Positions 6,134 to 15,031 of a stretch of 47,470 nucleotides of DNA are shown here, piece after piece. Source of the DNA: a virus; the IMG/VR virus record IMGVR_UViG_3300045988_055181, positions 1-47,470 of that record; one strand, given 5' to 3'. Each line of letters begins with the position of its first letter. Within the stretch, counting starts at the first letter, position 1. Made by a program: the position numbers and the translations under genes. The notes beneath the pieces are model-generated. The model had not been told where the DNA came from. It did not search any database and saw nothing but the letters and a program-made list of their open reading frames with translations.

Positions 6134-6766
6134 ATGTTTTGCACGAATTGTGGCACGGAATTCGAGGGAAATTTTTGCCCGAACTGCGGAACAAAGGCTG
6201 GTGAACAACTACCTGCACAAACCGTTGCCCCAAAGGAAACGCACGAGTATTACGATAAAGAGGGCGATTTAATCGACCTCTCCACGATCTACGGCGTTTA
6301 CAAGGACAGAACCGGCATGTCTGCATTCTTCCGCAAATGCACCGATTACGATTCTGTCACTATCGGTAAAGCGTTAGACTATATCGAGGATAACGTAAAG
6401 CCGAAGGAATACGGCATGCTGGATGCAATCCGCATGAAGCGTCAGATTGAAGCACCGATTGAGAAGATCATAAAAGTGCAAGCAGTGAACGACCCTTCGG
6501 TTAAATTACAAAAGGCGCAGCTTTCCGAACTGAAAAAGGCGAACAAACTACAGCAAAAAGAAATGAACGCACAAGCGCGTTGTCCGCGTTGCGGCTCCAC
6601 TTCCCTTTCTGCGCATAAGAAGGGATTCGGCATCGGCAAGGCCGTGGTAGGCGCAGCCGTGACCGCGCCGCTGGGGCTGGGATTGATCGGTGCCGTAGCC
6701 GGAAACAAGGGCGCGAAAAAAGTCCGCGTCACTTGTTTGAAATGCGGAAAACAATTTTGGGCATAA
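6134..6766 (+). CDS. double zinc-ribbon protein with a glycine-zipper membrane segment (210 aa)
   Basis: CTNCG..CPNCG at the N-terminus and CPRCG...CLKCG at the C-terminus, flanking GIGKAVVGAAVTAPLGLGLIGAVAG. Confidence 0.7.
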   Translation: MFCTNCGTEFEGNFCPNCGTKAGEQLPAQTVAPKETHEYYDKEGDLIDLSTIYGVYKDRTGMSAFFRKCTDYDSVTIGKALDYIEDNVKPKEYGMLDAIRMKRQIEAPIEKIIKVQAVNDPSVKLQKAQLSELKKANKLQQKEMNAQARCPRCGSTSLSAHKKGFGIGKAVVGAAVTAPLGLGLIGAVAGNKGAKKVRVTCLKCGKQFWA

Positions 6767-6868
6767 AAAACGCCCACCGGCGGCAACCGGCGGACGTTAT
6801 ACGGGGGTAGAAATCTTGTGCAACGGAATTCTACCCTCTTATTATATCGAAAATAGGAGGAAAATGCA

Positions 6869-8047
6869 ATGCCACGTCGAAAAAAAGACCCTCGCGGATT
6901 TGTCCGCGAGACCGGAACGTATATGGGAAAGCACTACGACCTGAGAGCAAAAACCGAAAAGGAACTCAACGAGAAAATCAGGGCAAAACGCGCAGAAATC
7001 GAATCCGGAAGTAAACTCATTGAAGCCGGTGTTACCGTAAAGGAATGGGGAAAACGCTGGGTAGAAACCTACAAGTCCGGCGTGAAGGAATCCACGCGAA
7101 GGCTGATTGAGGGACGGCTTGTGAACTACGTCTATCCCTACATTGGGGATATCCCCGTTAGCAAAGTGCGGCCGCTGAACTGTCAGGAAGCGCTTAACTC
7201 TGCGGAAGGACGTGCGCCGGACACCGTAAAGAAGGTGCAGCAGGCAATCGAGCAGATGTTCCGCGCAGCCAAGCAGAACGGCTTGTGCGTCAATAATCCT
7301 GCGGAAGATTTGAAAATGCCCCGTACTGGCAAGCAGACGAGCCACAGGAGCATTACAGACCGCGAACGTGTTATTTTACTGGAAACTGCAAAGACGCATA
7401 CTGCGGGGCCGTGGGTGCTTACTCTGCTGTATAGTGGCTTGCGTCCGGCGGAAAGCCTTGTGCTGACATACGCCGATATTACAGGCGGTATGATTACTGT
7501 TGACAAGGCGTACGACCGGGACACCCGCGCCGAGAAATACCCCAAGTCAGACGCAGGCGTTCGCAAAATCCCGATCATCCCCCAGCTTGCCGCAGTCCTG
7601 CCGAAAGCCGGTTCGTTCGGTGAATTGGTTTTTCCGCGTAACGGGCACTTGTACGATGATAAGTCCATGCGTGCCATGTGGCAGGGTTTCCGCGCCGCTA
7701 TGGATGATACCGAACGTGAGTTGATCGCGGCGGGGAAAATCTCACCCATTGCCGAGCAGCTGCCGCCTATCGTTCCCTACGATCTGCGCCACACGTTCTG
7801 CACAGATTTAGAGCGCGCGGGCGTACCGCTCAACGTCGCAAGCAAACTCATGGGACACGCATCTATCGAGATTACCGCCAAGATTTACACGCATACCGGC
7901 GAGGATATGATCGAGCGTGCAGGTGAGCAATTAGCCGCCTTGTTCAGTCCCACATTTAGTCCCATTAACGAAGTGCAAAAAACGCCTATGGCTGACATTA
8001 TGCGAGAGCTGCAAGAACTTCGTGCAGCAGTGCTCAAAGCCGTATAA
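6869..8047 (+). CDS. int: tyrosine site-specific integrase
   Basis: C-terminal catalytic region ...YDLRHTFCTDLERAGVPLNVASKLMGHASIEITAKIYTHT (R, HxxR and Y motifs). Confidence 0.9.
   Translation: MPRRKKDPRGFVRETGTYMGKHYDLRAKTEKELNEKIRAKRAEIESGSKLIEAGVTVKEWGKRWVETYKSGVKESTRRLIEGRLVNYVYPYIGDIPVSKVRPLNCQEALNSAEGRAPDTVKKVQQAIEQMFRAAKQNGLCVNNPAEDLKMPRTGKQTSHRSITDRERVILLETAKTHTAGPWVLTLLYSGLRPAESLVLTYADITGGMITVDKAYDRDTRAEKYPKSDAGVRKIPIIPQLAAVLPKAGSFGELVFPRNGHLYDDKSMRAMWQGFRAAMDDTERELIAAGKISPIAEQLPPIVPYDLRHTFCTDLERAGVPLNVASKLMGHASIEITAKIYTHTGEDMIERAGEQLAALFSPTFSPINEVQKTPMADIMRELQELRAAVLKAV
7944..7964. promoter_or_regulatory. pair of putative arm-type integrase sites T(C/T)AGTCCCA, 12 bp apart
   Basis: Copies at 7944-7952 and 7956-7964. 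The same 9-mer pair occurs at 8208-8228 on the other side of the core. Confidence 0.45.
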
Positions 8048-8058
8048 AATAACAAAAA

Positions 8059-8099
8059 AGCCTTGTTTCAATGGATTTACCAAAGAAACAAGGCTTTTT
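8059..8099 (+). terminator. intrinsic terminator after int
   Basis: AGCCTTGTTTC/GAAACAAGGCT stem flanked by an A-run and a T-run (bidirectional shape). Confidence 0.7.
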
Positions 8100-8103
8100 A
8101 ATA

Positions 8104-8156
8104 TGGAGCTGCTAACCAGATTTGAACTGGTGACCTCATCCTTACCAAGGACGAGG
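8104..8156 (-). other. putative attP core: 3' portion of a tRNA-Thr(GGU) (anticodon arm to CCA), not a complete tRNA
   Basis: Minus strand reads CGTCC-TTGGTAA-GGATG AGGTC ACCAG-TTCAAAT-CTGGT TAGCAGC T CCA. No matching 5' acceptor or D arm lies upstream. Confidence 0.6.
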
Positions 8157-8207
8157 TGAAATTCCGAAACCCCACAGTATGTCTGAACTTTTGACACTTC
8201 AAAAATT

Positions 8208-8228
8208 TTAGTCCCATGTTTAGTCCCA
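8208..8228. promoter_or_regulatory. pair of putative arm-type integrase sites TTAGTCCCA, 12 bp apart
   Basis: Copies at 8208-8216 and 8220-8228. Confidence 0.45.
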
Positions 8229-8276
8229 CTTGACCTATACATTGTACCACAGATAGCGCGGGACTTCAACACCGCA

Positions 8277-8306
8277 ATGAAGGGAGGGCATTTGCCCTCC
8301 CTTCAT
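8277..8306. terminator. 14-bp-arm hairpin ATGAAGGGAGGGCA/TGCCCTCCCTTCAT immediately after the stop of the 8307 gene
   Basis: Direct reading. No U-tract. Confidence 0.4.
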
Positions 8307-9008
8307 TCAATGCTTCACAACATACCGATAGTATGCCGCTTCCTTATTTTTCACTGCGTCCTTGTCTTCGAGCCAGAACGCACAAGCAGCGTCAACATAG
8401 TAATCAATGTTGCGGATGCCGTGTTTCTCGTTGACCTTGCCAAAGTCGGAGTATACAGCGTTCATTGCCACCCAGAATTCTACCGGGTCGTAATTCAAGT
8501 TGTGCTGCTGCATTACCTGCTTGCACTGTTCAAACGTCCAGTGCGGGCCGGTCGTGCCATCAGCGTTCTGCATGTTGTGCAGCCATTCGTCCGCCATGTC
8601 CTTAGTCATACGCCCGGTGTGCGTGCTGGACGCATAGCCCATAGTGCGCTCAGAACCGTGCGTCTTGTCGCCTACATAAGAAGTATCCCCCATGTAAGCA
8701 TCATCGTCACGAAAGCCAATAGGGCGCATTTCGTCCTCGTAATCGGGGTACTCGTCATACTCCGGATATTCCATGCTGCTTTTGGGTGCAAAGCGTCCGT
8801 CAGAATAACGGCGATAATTCCGCATCTCCGGTTCGCCGCCGTGAATACGCTCGTCATAGTAACCGTAAGGCTCAATATGATTGTAACGATACCGCACGCC
8901 GTAATGCTGGCGATCTTCGGGGTACGTCTTGCGGATTCTCCATTCCTCCGGCGAAGCATTCTCTCGGCGGGTGTGCTGCATCAACAGCATTCGGGTTCCT
9001 CGTTTCAT
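8307..9008 (-). CDS. hypothetical cargo protein (233 aa): Y/E/D/R-rich N-terminal half, conserved-looking C-terminal domain
   Basis: AAGGGGG RBS. No function recognised. Confidence 0.65.
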   Translation of the reverse strand: MKRGTRMLLMQHTRRENASPEEWRIRKTYPEDRQHYGVRYRYNHIEPYGYYDERIHGGEPEMRNYRRYSDGRFAPKSSMEYPEYDEYPDYEDEMRPIGFRDDDAYMGDTSYVGDKTHGSERTMGYASSTHTGRMTKDMADEWLHNMQNADGTTGPHWTFEQCKQVMQQHNLNYDPVEFWVAMNAVYSDFGKVNEKHGIRNIDYYVDAACAFWLEDKDAVKNKEAAYYRYVVKH

Positions 9009-9020
9009 GATGATACCCCC

Positions 9021-9407
9021 TTACACCGTCGGCGCTGTGCCGTTAATAGACCGAAGCGTGTCAGAATGAGAGCAGCAGGAATTACCGAGCATTCGGAAAC
9101 TGCCGCCGCTGGACGAAGTGACAACGCGACACAGGTATTTGTGACGGGTGTCCAGATTAAACACTGTCGCCTGTGCGCCGTTGCATTTCAACAGCGGATA
9201 CGTTACCGTTCCGTCGCCGATTGTGATTACTACCGGTGCGCCGATAATCGTTGTGCTCGGAATGTTCTGAGCGATTACGATTCCGTATACGCAGCCGTTC
9301 TGGTAGTCCCCCGCCGGAATATTTACCGTCAATACTCCGCTTGCGTAGGTCACGCTCTGTGAGATACGCAGGTTCGGGCAAAGTTTCTGTACAGGCTTGC
9401 AAGCCAT
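9021..9407 (-). CDS. hypothetical Cys-containing beta-rich protein (128 aa)
   Basis: AGGAGG RBS 8 nt before the ATG at 9407. Confidence 0.6.
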   Translation of the reverse strand: MACKPVQKLCPNLRISQSVTYASGVLTVNIPAGDYQNGCVYGIVIAQNIPSTTIIGAPVVITIGDGTVTYPLLKCNGAQATVFNLDTRHKYLCRVVTSSSGGSFRMLGNSCCSHSDTLRSINGTAPTV

Positions 9408-9460
9408 AATCAAAACCTCCTATCAAAGCCGGGGGAATGTCCCCCGGCTGAACGTATCCC

Positions 9461-10264
9461 TCACATGCCGCAGCAGGTGTTGCAGCCGCAGCCGGAAAAC
9501 TGGTAAGGTGCCGGAACCGGGAACGCCGGTACCGGAGCCGGGCGGAGTGTCTGAACCAGATAGTTGTTCTGCGCCTCCTGAGATGCGGCAAACTTCAAGG
9601 TCTGGTTCTCGTTCTGGAGCGCCGCGATCTTTTCCGCCTGACGGGTGTTTTCCATCTGGTCAAGGCGTGCAATGATGCGGTCGGTGTCGTTGTGTGCAGT
9701 CTGGATAATGTCACGCGCATTGGTAGCCGCGTTGTAGTTGGTCTCGCAGAAACCGCGCTCGATCTGACGCTGCGTGTCGCAGCAGCAGGAAGCCATCTGC
9801 GTACCCAGTGCGGTAAGGCCAGCAGTTACGCCGTTAAAGCCAGTGTTCATGTTCTGGTTTACGCCGTTGATAAGCTGTGCGTTCTGGTAGCCGAGCTGAC
9901 AAATTGCGTTGTCTACACCGTGGAAGCCGTTAGAAACCGCGCTGCCGAGCGTGTTGAAGCCGGTAAGCATACCGTTATTCACGGCGTAAAAGCCGTCACA
10001 AAGGCCGTTCTGAATGCCGAGAACCGAACGCGACAGGTCGTTGAAGTTGAACTCGCTGCACAGGTCAGAACGAGTTACTGCGCCCTGATAGCCTGCGCCG
10101 CTTGCTCCGCCGTTGTTGCCCCAGCCCCAGCCGTTGCCGCCGAAGATCAGCGCGATAATCAGAAACGCAAAAATCCAAGAGCCATCGCCACCCCACATAC
10201 CGTTGCCGGAGTTGTTGTTGTCCTGACCCAGTGCATAGCCCAGAGCCATCGAATCGTCACTCAT
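9461..10264 (-). CDS. Gly/Asn-rich membrane protein with coiled coil and a Cys-rich C-terminus (267 aa)
   Basis: TM segment WIFAFLIIALIFGG, repeated NGF/NGV motifs, CCC at mid-protein, C-terminal SGCGCNTCCGM. Confidence 0.65.
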   Translation of the reverse strand: MSDDSMALGYALGQDNNNSGNGMWGGDGSWIFAFLIIALIFGGNGWGWGNNGGASGAGYQGAVTRSDLCSEFNFNDLSRSVLGIQNGLCDGFYAVNNGMLTGFNTLGSAVSNGFHGVDNAICQLGYQNAQLINGVNQNMNTGFNGVTAGLTALGTQMASCCCDTQRQIERGFCETNYNAATNARDIIQTAHNDTDRIIARLDQMENTRQAEKIAALQNENQTLKFAASQEAQNNYLVQTLRPAPVPAFPVPAPYQFSGCGCNTCCGM

Positions 10265-10373
10265 AGTTTAATTCTCCTTTTCAGTTATATTTGATCGGAA
10301 CCGTACGCTTTCCGAACATGACAAATTCACGCCGGATTTTCGTCAAGATTCCGTCAAAACTGAAAATGGATAT

Positions 10374-10601
10374 TTACTTGATGTTCATGCCAAACTGCTG
10401 TGCAAACTGATCGAGGTCGATTCCTCGTTCCTTTGCAATGTTCATTGCCATCTGTCGCAGCGCGTCCGGGCTTTTGCCCTGCATGGATTTCATTAGGGTG
10501 CTCACCATAGGATTATTGCCGGTCATTTGGTTCAGCATCATCATAGGATTCCCGCCGTTCCTCATAAGCTGCAACACCTGCATCATCGGATTATTTACCA
10601 T
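10374..10601 (-). CDS. Met/Asn-rich small protein (75 aa)
   Basis: GGGAGGTG RBS. Starts MVNNPMMQVLQLMRNGGNPMMML... Confidence 0.5.
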   Translation of the reverse strand: MVNNPMMQVLQLMRNGGNPMMMLNQMTGNNPMVSTLMKSMQGKSPDALRQMAMNIAKERGIDLDQFAQQFGMNIK

Positions 10602-10989
10602 CGTTTGCACCTCCCAGTTGTTCACATAACTTGTTAAACCGTCGGATAAGCTCGTTGAATTCCGTTCTCGGAACATAATCTGACAAATCTATTTCCGAAG
10701 GTTTATTCGTTTCCGGCTCCTGTGCTCTGCGATACATCACAAAGTCAGCACAGCCGGTTTGCAAATTAAGCTGTTTGGTGTAGATCGCGCCGTGCGCCGT
10801 GTCCGGCATGATAGTAAGCGCACCGGAAAAGTCCGTCTGTACCGCGCGCGCTTCCTCCACGCTTGCCACAGGTCGAACAATATGCTGTGGAGATTGCACC
10901 TGCTGTTGCATTGGTGTCTGCATTGGCTGTTGCGGGTACTGCTGTTGATACTGCGGCGTGTAGCCAGTGTAACCATAGGGATATGCCAT
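10591..10989 (-). CDS. hypothetical protein with Q/P/Y-rich N-terminus (132 aa)
   Basis: GGAGGTG RBS. TAATG coupling to the upstream ORF. Confidence 0.6.
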   Translation of the reverse strand: MAYPYGYTGYTPQYQQQYPQQPMQTPMQQQVQSPQHIVRPVASVEEARAVQTDFSGALTIMPDTAHGAIYTKQLNLQTGCADFVMYRRAQEPETNKPSEIDLSDYVPRTEFNELIRRFNKLCEQLGGANDGK

Positions 10990-11159
10990 TAACCCAGCAC
11001 CTCCGTAACGTGTTCGCTGATGGATTTACTTACCGCCTCTTTGTAGGATATATACTCCTCTAAGCAATCTGTATTGCCTGCGTTGCGGTAAACTGCTACA
11101 ATGCGACGAGCGCACTCAGGGTCATACCCCATGCGTTCAAGTCTCTGTTCGTAACTCAT
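10989..11159 (-). CDS. 56-aa hypothetical protein
   Basis: Starts MSYEQRLERMGYDPECARRIVAVYRNAGNTDCLEEY... Stop overlaps the next ATG (TAATG). Confidence 0.45.
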   Translation of the reverse strand: MSYEQRLERMGYDPECARRIVAVYRNAGNTDCLEEYISYKEAVSKSISEHVTEVLG

Positions 11160-11233
11160 GCGATCACTTCCTTATGCTTTCAGTATAAGGTCTGCCGGGC
11201 GTGAAAACCTGTCACAAATCTGTCAACTTGCTG

Positions 11234-11434
11234 TCACAGCACGCGCAGCATTTTGCATTTGATGCTGTTCAACCGACGATGCACCGTGCTTTCGCTCATG
11301 TGCAGCGTCATGCAAATCTGAGTAATAGAGCGCGCCGATGTTCGTAGGTCAAACACGGCGCGTTCTTCTGGTGTAAAATTGCACTCACGCCGGAAGTATT
11401 CCACCTCCGGCCTTGTAAATTCCGTTAATTTCAT
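11234..11434 (-). CDS. small sigma-70 region-4 / LuxR-type HTH regulator (66 aa)
   Basis: Sequence FTPEERAVFDLRTSARSITQICMTLHMSESTVHRRLNSIKCKM. Confidence 0.5.
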   Translation of the reverse strand: MKLTEFTRPEVEYFRRECNFTPEERAVFDLRTSARSITQICMTLHMSESTVHRRLNSIKCKMLRVL

Positions 11435-11651
11435 GCGGTATCCCCTTGTTATGGTGTCACCGCATATCTTTCCCCTTGTATAAAAAAATCGGGTGCGACA
11501 CACTTTCGCGCTTCGCACCCTATAAAAACACACCGTCCCGTGTCCTCTACGTCAATACCATATGTAGGTTCATAAGGCTTCGAGGAGCGCAGGAACAATG
11601 CACTTTTTCAATATTGATAGAATTATACCATCTTTTATGTCCGTCCGCAAC

Positions 11652-12389
11652 TTAGCCGTAAAGGTGCGCACGGTCGTTGATAACCAGCAGGCGCAGCAAG
11701 TCGGTCGTCAGTGCGAGCTTGCCCTGATCGTCGCCCTGCAAAAAGCCCTTGTTCACCAGCTTCTGTACGGTTGCCTTGCCCCATGCAGGTACTGCGTCTA
11801 CCGTGTCGTAAACCTTCTTTTCCTTCTCAGCGTTTGCAATCTCCTGCTTGGCGATTGCGCGGGTCTGTGCTTCCGTCATGTCTTCAACCTCTTTCTCTGT
11901 CAGCATGGTTTTGAATTTTTCCCACAGCCTCGGATTTCTCACCCACGGCTCCGGGCAATCCTTGTGCGTCACATCATAGTGACGACACACGCGCGATACC
12001 GGCACGTGGTGCTTTGCCATCAGCTCGCGGGTCAGCTTTGCGGCGTTCTGCATCGTCGCTTCGGGGATAACGTACACGCCATTACGGATAACGCTGCACA
12101 TCTCGATTCCAATGCTGTTTGCGTTCCGGCAGTCGTTGTAGTAACTGCCGCCGCGTTCCTTGCCGCAATGCCATGCCGTGTCGCCGTCCTTTACGCTCTG
12201 CACAACGCCGTTCGGGTCTACAAAGTAGTGCGCACTGGCACGCAGGCCGCTTTCTCTTGCAAAAAAGTCCGCATTGTTCTGTGCCGTATCGCCGTTATTC
12301 GCGGTGAAATGCAGAACAATCCAGTGCACGGGGAACTCTCTGCCCTTGCGGTAGTTGCTTGGGTTACAGCCCTTAAAAGTGATTTTCAT
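11652..12389 (-). CDS. endolysin, N-acetylmuramoyl-L-alanine amidase (Amidase_2/PGRP type)
   Basis: Sequence HWIVLHFTANNG...ASAHYFVD...DTAWHCG...NSIGIEMC. Lies directly downstream of the holin. Confidence 0.85.
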   Translation of the reverse strand: MKITFKGCNPSNYRKGREFPVHWIVLHFTANNGDTAQNNADFFARESGLRASAHYFVDPNGVVQSVKDGDTAWHCGKERGGSYYNDCRNANSIGIEMCSVIRNGVYVIPEATMQNAAKLTRELMAKHHVPVSRVCRHYDVTHKDCPEPWVRNPRLWEKFKTMLTEKEVEDMTEAQTRAIAKQEIANAEKEKKVYDTVDAVPAWGKATVQKLVNKGFLQGDDQGKLALTTDLLRLLVINDRAHLYG

Positions 12390-12844
12390 TTTTCCTCATC
12401 TCCGATTTTGTCCACCGCGTCCTTTGCGGCCGCAAGTGCCTTTTTCAGCCATGCCGGACACGGCGCGCCGAGCGAAACTGCGTTCTCCACGATAGAGCCG
12501 AGTTCGGTCAGCGTGTACCAGACTACCACCAGCGGGCAAAGCAGCACCGTGTATTCAAACGGCAGCGTTACGCCCGGCAGATGGTCTACAATCATTCCAA
12601 TCAGCAAGTCCGCGCCGCCTGCGACCGCAACGACCACAATAGAGCCGACCTTGTGAAAGATACCGTCTCTCGCTTCCTTGCTCGACCAGTTGCCCTTCTG
12701 CATAGCCGCCGCCGTGCCGGTTAGATAGTCCACCGCCATCGCTGCCACAAACAGCACAACCAGCCAGCCGAACCACCCCCAAAGTGCGGTAAGCACCGCA
12801 ATGCCCGCCGCAACAGCGGCCTTAAATTCGTTTACATTGTTCAT
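12386..12844 (-). CDS. holin (phage_holin_4 / toxin-secretion holin type)
   Basis: Multiple TM helices, with the motifs AMAVDYLTG and VVWYTLTELGSIVENA. ATGA overlap with the endolysin. Confidence 0.75.
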   Translation of the reverse strand: MNNVNEFKAAVAAGIAVLTALWGWFGWLVVLFVAAMAVDYLTGTAAAMQKGNWSSKEARDGIFHKVGSIVVVAVAGGADLLIGMIVDHLPGVTLPFEYTVLLCPLVVVWYTLTELGSIVENAVSLGAPCPAWLKKALAAAKDAVDKIGDEEK

Positions 12845-13073
12845 TTTATTCTCCCTTGCGCGTTATTTCTCTTTACGCGTATGTTTTACAGCCCCAGCCG
12901 CTGCTTAATTACTCTCCAGTTTTACTTCGACCCATTTAGGGTTTTCTGCGCCGGGCTTCTTCGGCTTACTTGTGTTCATAATCATGCCGCACCGCCTTTT
13001 GTGCAATGCGACGAAGCAGCGTTAGGAGCTGCCCCCCGATTTTAGTATGCTTAAGTTGTGCATATTGTCCTCC

Positions 13074-13421
13074 TTACTGTTTCACAGCGTTTGCCTGTAG
13101 CCATTTGAGCAGGTCGCCGGTAGGCGGCTCAAGGAATGTGATTGTACGAAGTGAATCAGATAACCAGCCCGTAAAGTAAACAAGCAGACTGTCCCCAGCG
13201 GAATATACGATATCGTCAGCATGGTTAAAGCCTATATACGCTATGCTATGTCCCATCTTTCCACCAGCATAAAGAAAAATTCTGTCGGATTCTTTGGTTA
13301 CACCATTGTACTCATATGTGAATTTGATACTCACATCAAGATTCGTAGTTGTTGGAGTGCTGTTAATAATCCACATATTTTCAGGATTATTTGTCCGCTT
13401 CCTCGGAAAATTATAAATCAT
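13074..13421 (-). CDS. hypothetical protein (115 aa, AT-richer)
   Basis: ORF track. Lies at the end of the tail-fibre block. Confidence 0.55.
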   Translation of the reverse strand: MIYNFPRKRTNNPENMWIINSTPTTTNLDVSIKFTYEYNGVTKESDRIFLYAGGKMGHSIAYIGFNHADDIVYSAGDSLLVYFTGWLSDSLRTITFLEPPTGDLLKWLQANAVKQ

Positions 13422-13430
13422 CTGGATACC

Positions 13431-13841
13431 TCACGAAAAGCTAACCGGCGTAACCGTCACATAAACGTCGATAGCCGCCGTCGGAACGGTATCCGCCGTA
13501 AACGTCAGTTTGCCTGCCGCCTGTGCGGTACACTGGATACCCGCATCGTTGTACGCCGTCATGCTTGCCGCCGCAGGCATCGGAAGGATAAGCTGTGCCG
13601 TTTCATCCGCCACAACGTCAGCAACCGCAACCGTCTGCTGTTTTGTCGAGCTGTTCCAACCCGCAACCGTCAGCGATACCTTGTGCGCCTTGACCTTGAG
13701 AGCCGTCAACTGTCCCGGTGTTGCATAATCCGTTCCGGGGGTCAGCTTGTTCTGCTTACCGTCCCATGTAGATTCCTTTTCGATTACCGCACCTACCGCA
13801 GAATCAATCTGCGCGCCGGTGTGCGAAGAATTGTAAGCCAT
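13431..13841 (-). CDS. tail-fibre-associated protein (136 aa)
   Basis: N-terminal HTGAQIDSAVG motif, common in phage fibre proteins. Confidence 0.45.
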   Translation of the reverse strand: MAYNSSHTGAQIDSAVGAVIEKESTWDGKQNKLTPGTDYATPGQLTALKVKAHKVSLTVAGWNSSTKQQTVAVADVVADETAQLILPMPAAASMTAYNDAGIQCTAQAAGKLTFTADTVPTAAIDVYVTVTPVSFS

Positions 13842-13845
13842 GCCA

Positions 13846-14223
13846 TCACTCCTTCATGCAAAGAAATTCGTTTCCGTCTGCATCCAGCATGGTTTCGTTG
13901 CTGTCAGACGGAATAAAGCCCCAGTTGTCGTTCCAACTGCCATCCATACCCTGTGCATAGAGGGAAATGCGGTAAATGCCGTCACCGGAAAGCAAGAAAT
14001 CGTCGTAGACTTCAAACTGTCGTTGTGTTGCGGCAGGAGTCTGGGAGAAGGATGCAATAAGCGTCCCTCTCCCTCTGCCCCATTCCTCGTCCGACTTCGT
14101 AGCGCGGCACTCGAATGCCTGATACGGAATGTCCGACTGAAATGCAACAATAACTTTGTCGAAGCCAGAAACCGCCGAAATCCTCTCTCCCGTGATGGAA
14201 AAAGTCAGATTCGGAGCTGCCAT
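13846..14223 (-). CDS. hypothetical tail-associated protein (125 aa)
   Basis: ORF track. Tightly packed in the fibre block. Confidence 0.5.
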   Translation of the reverse strand: MAAPNLTFSITGERISAVSGFDKVIVAFQSDIPYQAFECRATKSDEEWGRGRGTLIASFSQTPAATQRQFEVYDDFLLSGDGIYRISLYAQGMDGSWNDNWGFIPSDSNETMLDADGNEFLCMKE

Positions 14224-14886
14224 TTACGCCACGCTCCAAGTACCAGCGGCGTTCTTTACAAACACCTTGATAATCTTCACGCCATCACCCGCCGAAGCAG
14301 TTTCAAGGTCAGCACCGTTGATCGTAACATTGATTGCGGTCTGCGCCTTGTAGCCGCCAGTCTTGCCGCTGGTGTTGGTCGAACCTGCAGTAGTCGGAAT
14401 CTGCGTACCGGCAGATTCAAGGCTGGATTCGCTCGGAACAACCTTAATCTTGTATTCCTCGAAATCAACGTCAGATGTAAACGAGAATGCCGAAGTGTTG
14501 AACGAGGCAACCTTGGAAATCTTCGTCTTGTCCGGGCCTGTGATAGTAACAACCGGAACGGCGGTGTTCAGCGTGATAGTTGCGGATACCGCTGCGGTTT
14601 CGTTGCCTACATCATCGCGCACCTTGATATGAACGGTTTTCAGACCGTCACCCGTCGGCAGCGTGAGCGACTTGCTCTTTGCAAACGAACCCCACGAAGC
14701 GTCAGCTTCAGTCGCTGCACCGGAAACGCCCCAGATTTTCATCTGATAGCCGGTCGTTGACGTGTCGCTTACCGCGATTGCCGCCGTGACTGTGGCGCTT
14801 GTGGTGTACTGTGCGCCGTTGTTCAGTTTGAGGGTAAGCCCGGCAGGCGCGGTCGTATCCAGTGTTAAGTTAAAGAAAGATGCCAT
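14224..14886 (-). CDS. tail/fibre protein with Ig-like beta-sandwich-type repeats (220 aa)
   Basis: T/S/A/V-rich beta-strand pattern. Assigned by position. Confidence 0.4.
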   Translation of the reverse strand: MASFFNLTLDTTAPAGLTLKLNNGAQYTTSATVTAAIAVSDTSTTGYQMKIWGVSGAATEADASWGSFAKSKSLTLPTGDGLKTVHIKVRDDVGNETAAVSATITLNTAVPVVTITGPDKTKISKVASFNTSAFSFTSDVDFEEYKIKVVPSESSLESAGTQIPTTAGSTNTSGKTGGYKAQTAINVTINGADLETASAGDGVKIIKVFVKNAAGTWSVA

Positions 14887-14889
14887 GTT

Positions 14890-15027
14890 TTACACTCCTT
14901 TTGTGTTTAATTCAAGATAAAGGTAGGAACTTTTGCGGCGATAGAGCAATTCATCGCCCAAATACGCCTCGTAAATTCCCATCTTTCCTAAGAAATACGC
15001 GATAATGCTTTTGTCTCCGATATACAT
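14890..15027 (-). CDS. 45-aa hypothetical protein
   Basis: Starts MYIGDKSIIAYFLGKMGIYEAYLGDELLY... Starts 4 nt after the upstream stop. Confidence 0.4.
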   Translation of the reverse strand: MYIGDKSIIAYFLGKMGIYEAYLGDELLYRRKSSYLYLELNTKGV

Positions 15028-15031
15028 TCCG

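Noticed and set aside
8104-8190. Complete tRNA gene
   Set aside because: Only the anticodon arm, variable loop, T arm and 3' acceptor-CCA are present. The upstream sequence cannot form the 5' acceptor strand (GCTGCTA expected) or a D arm. I interpret it as the attP core.
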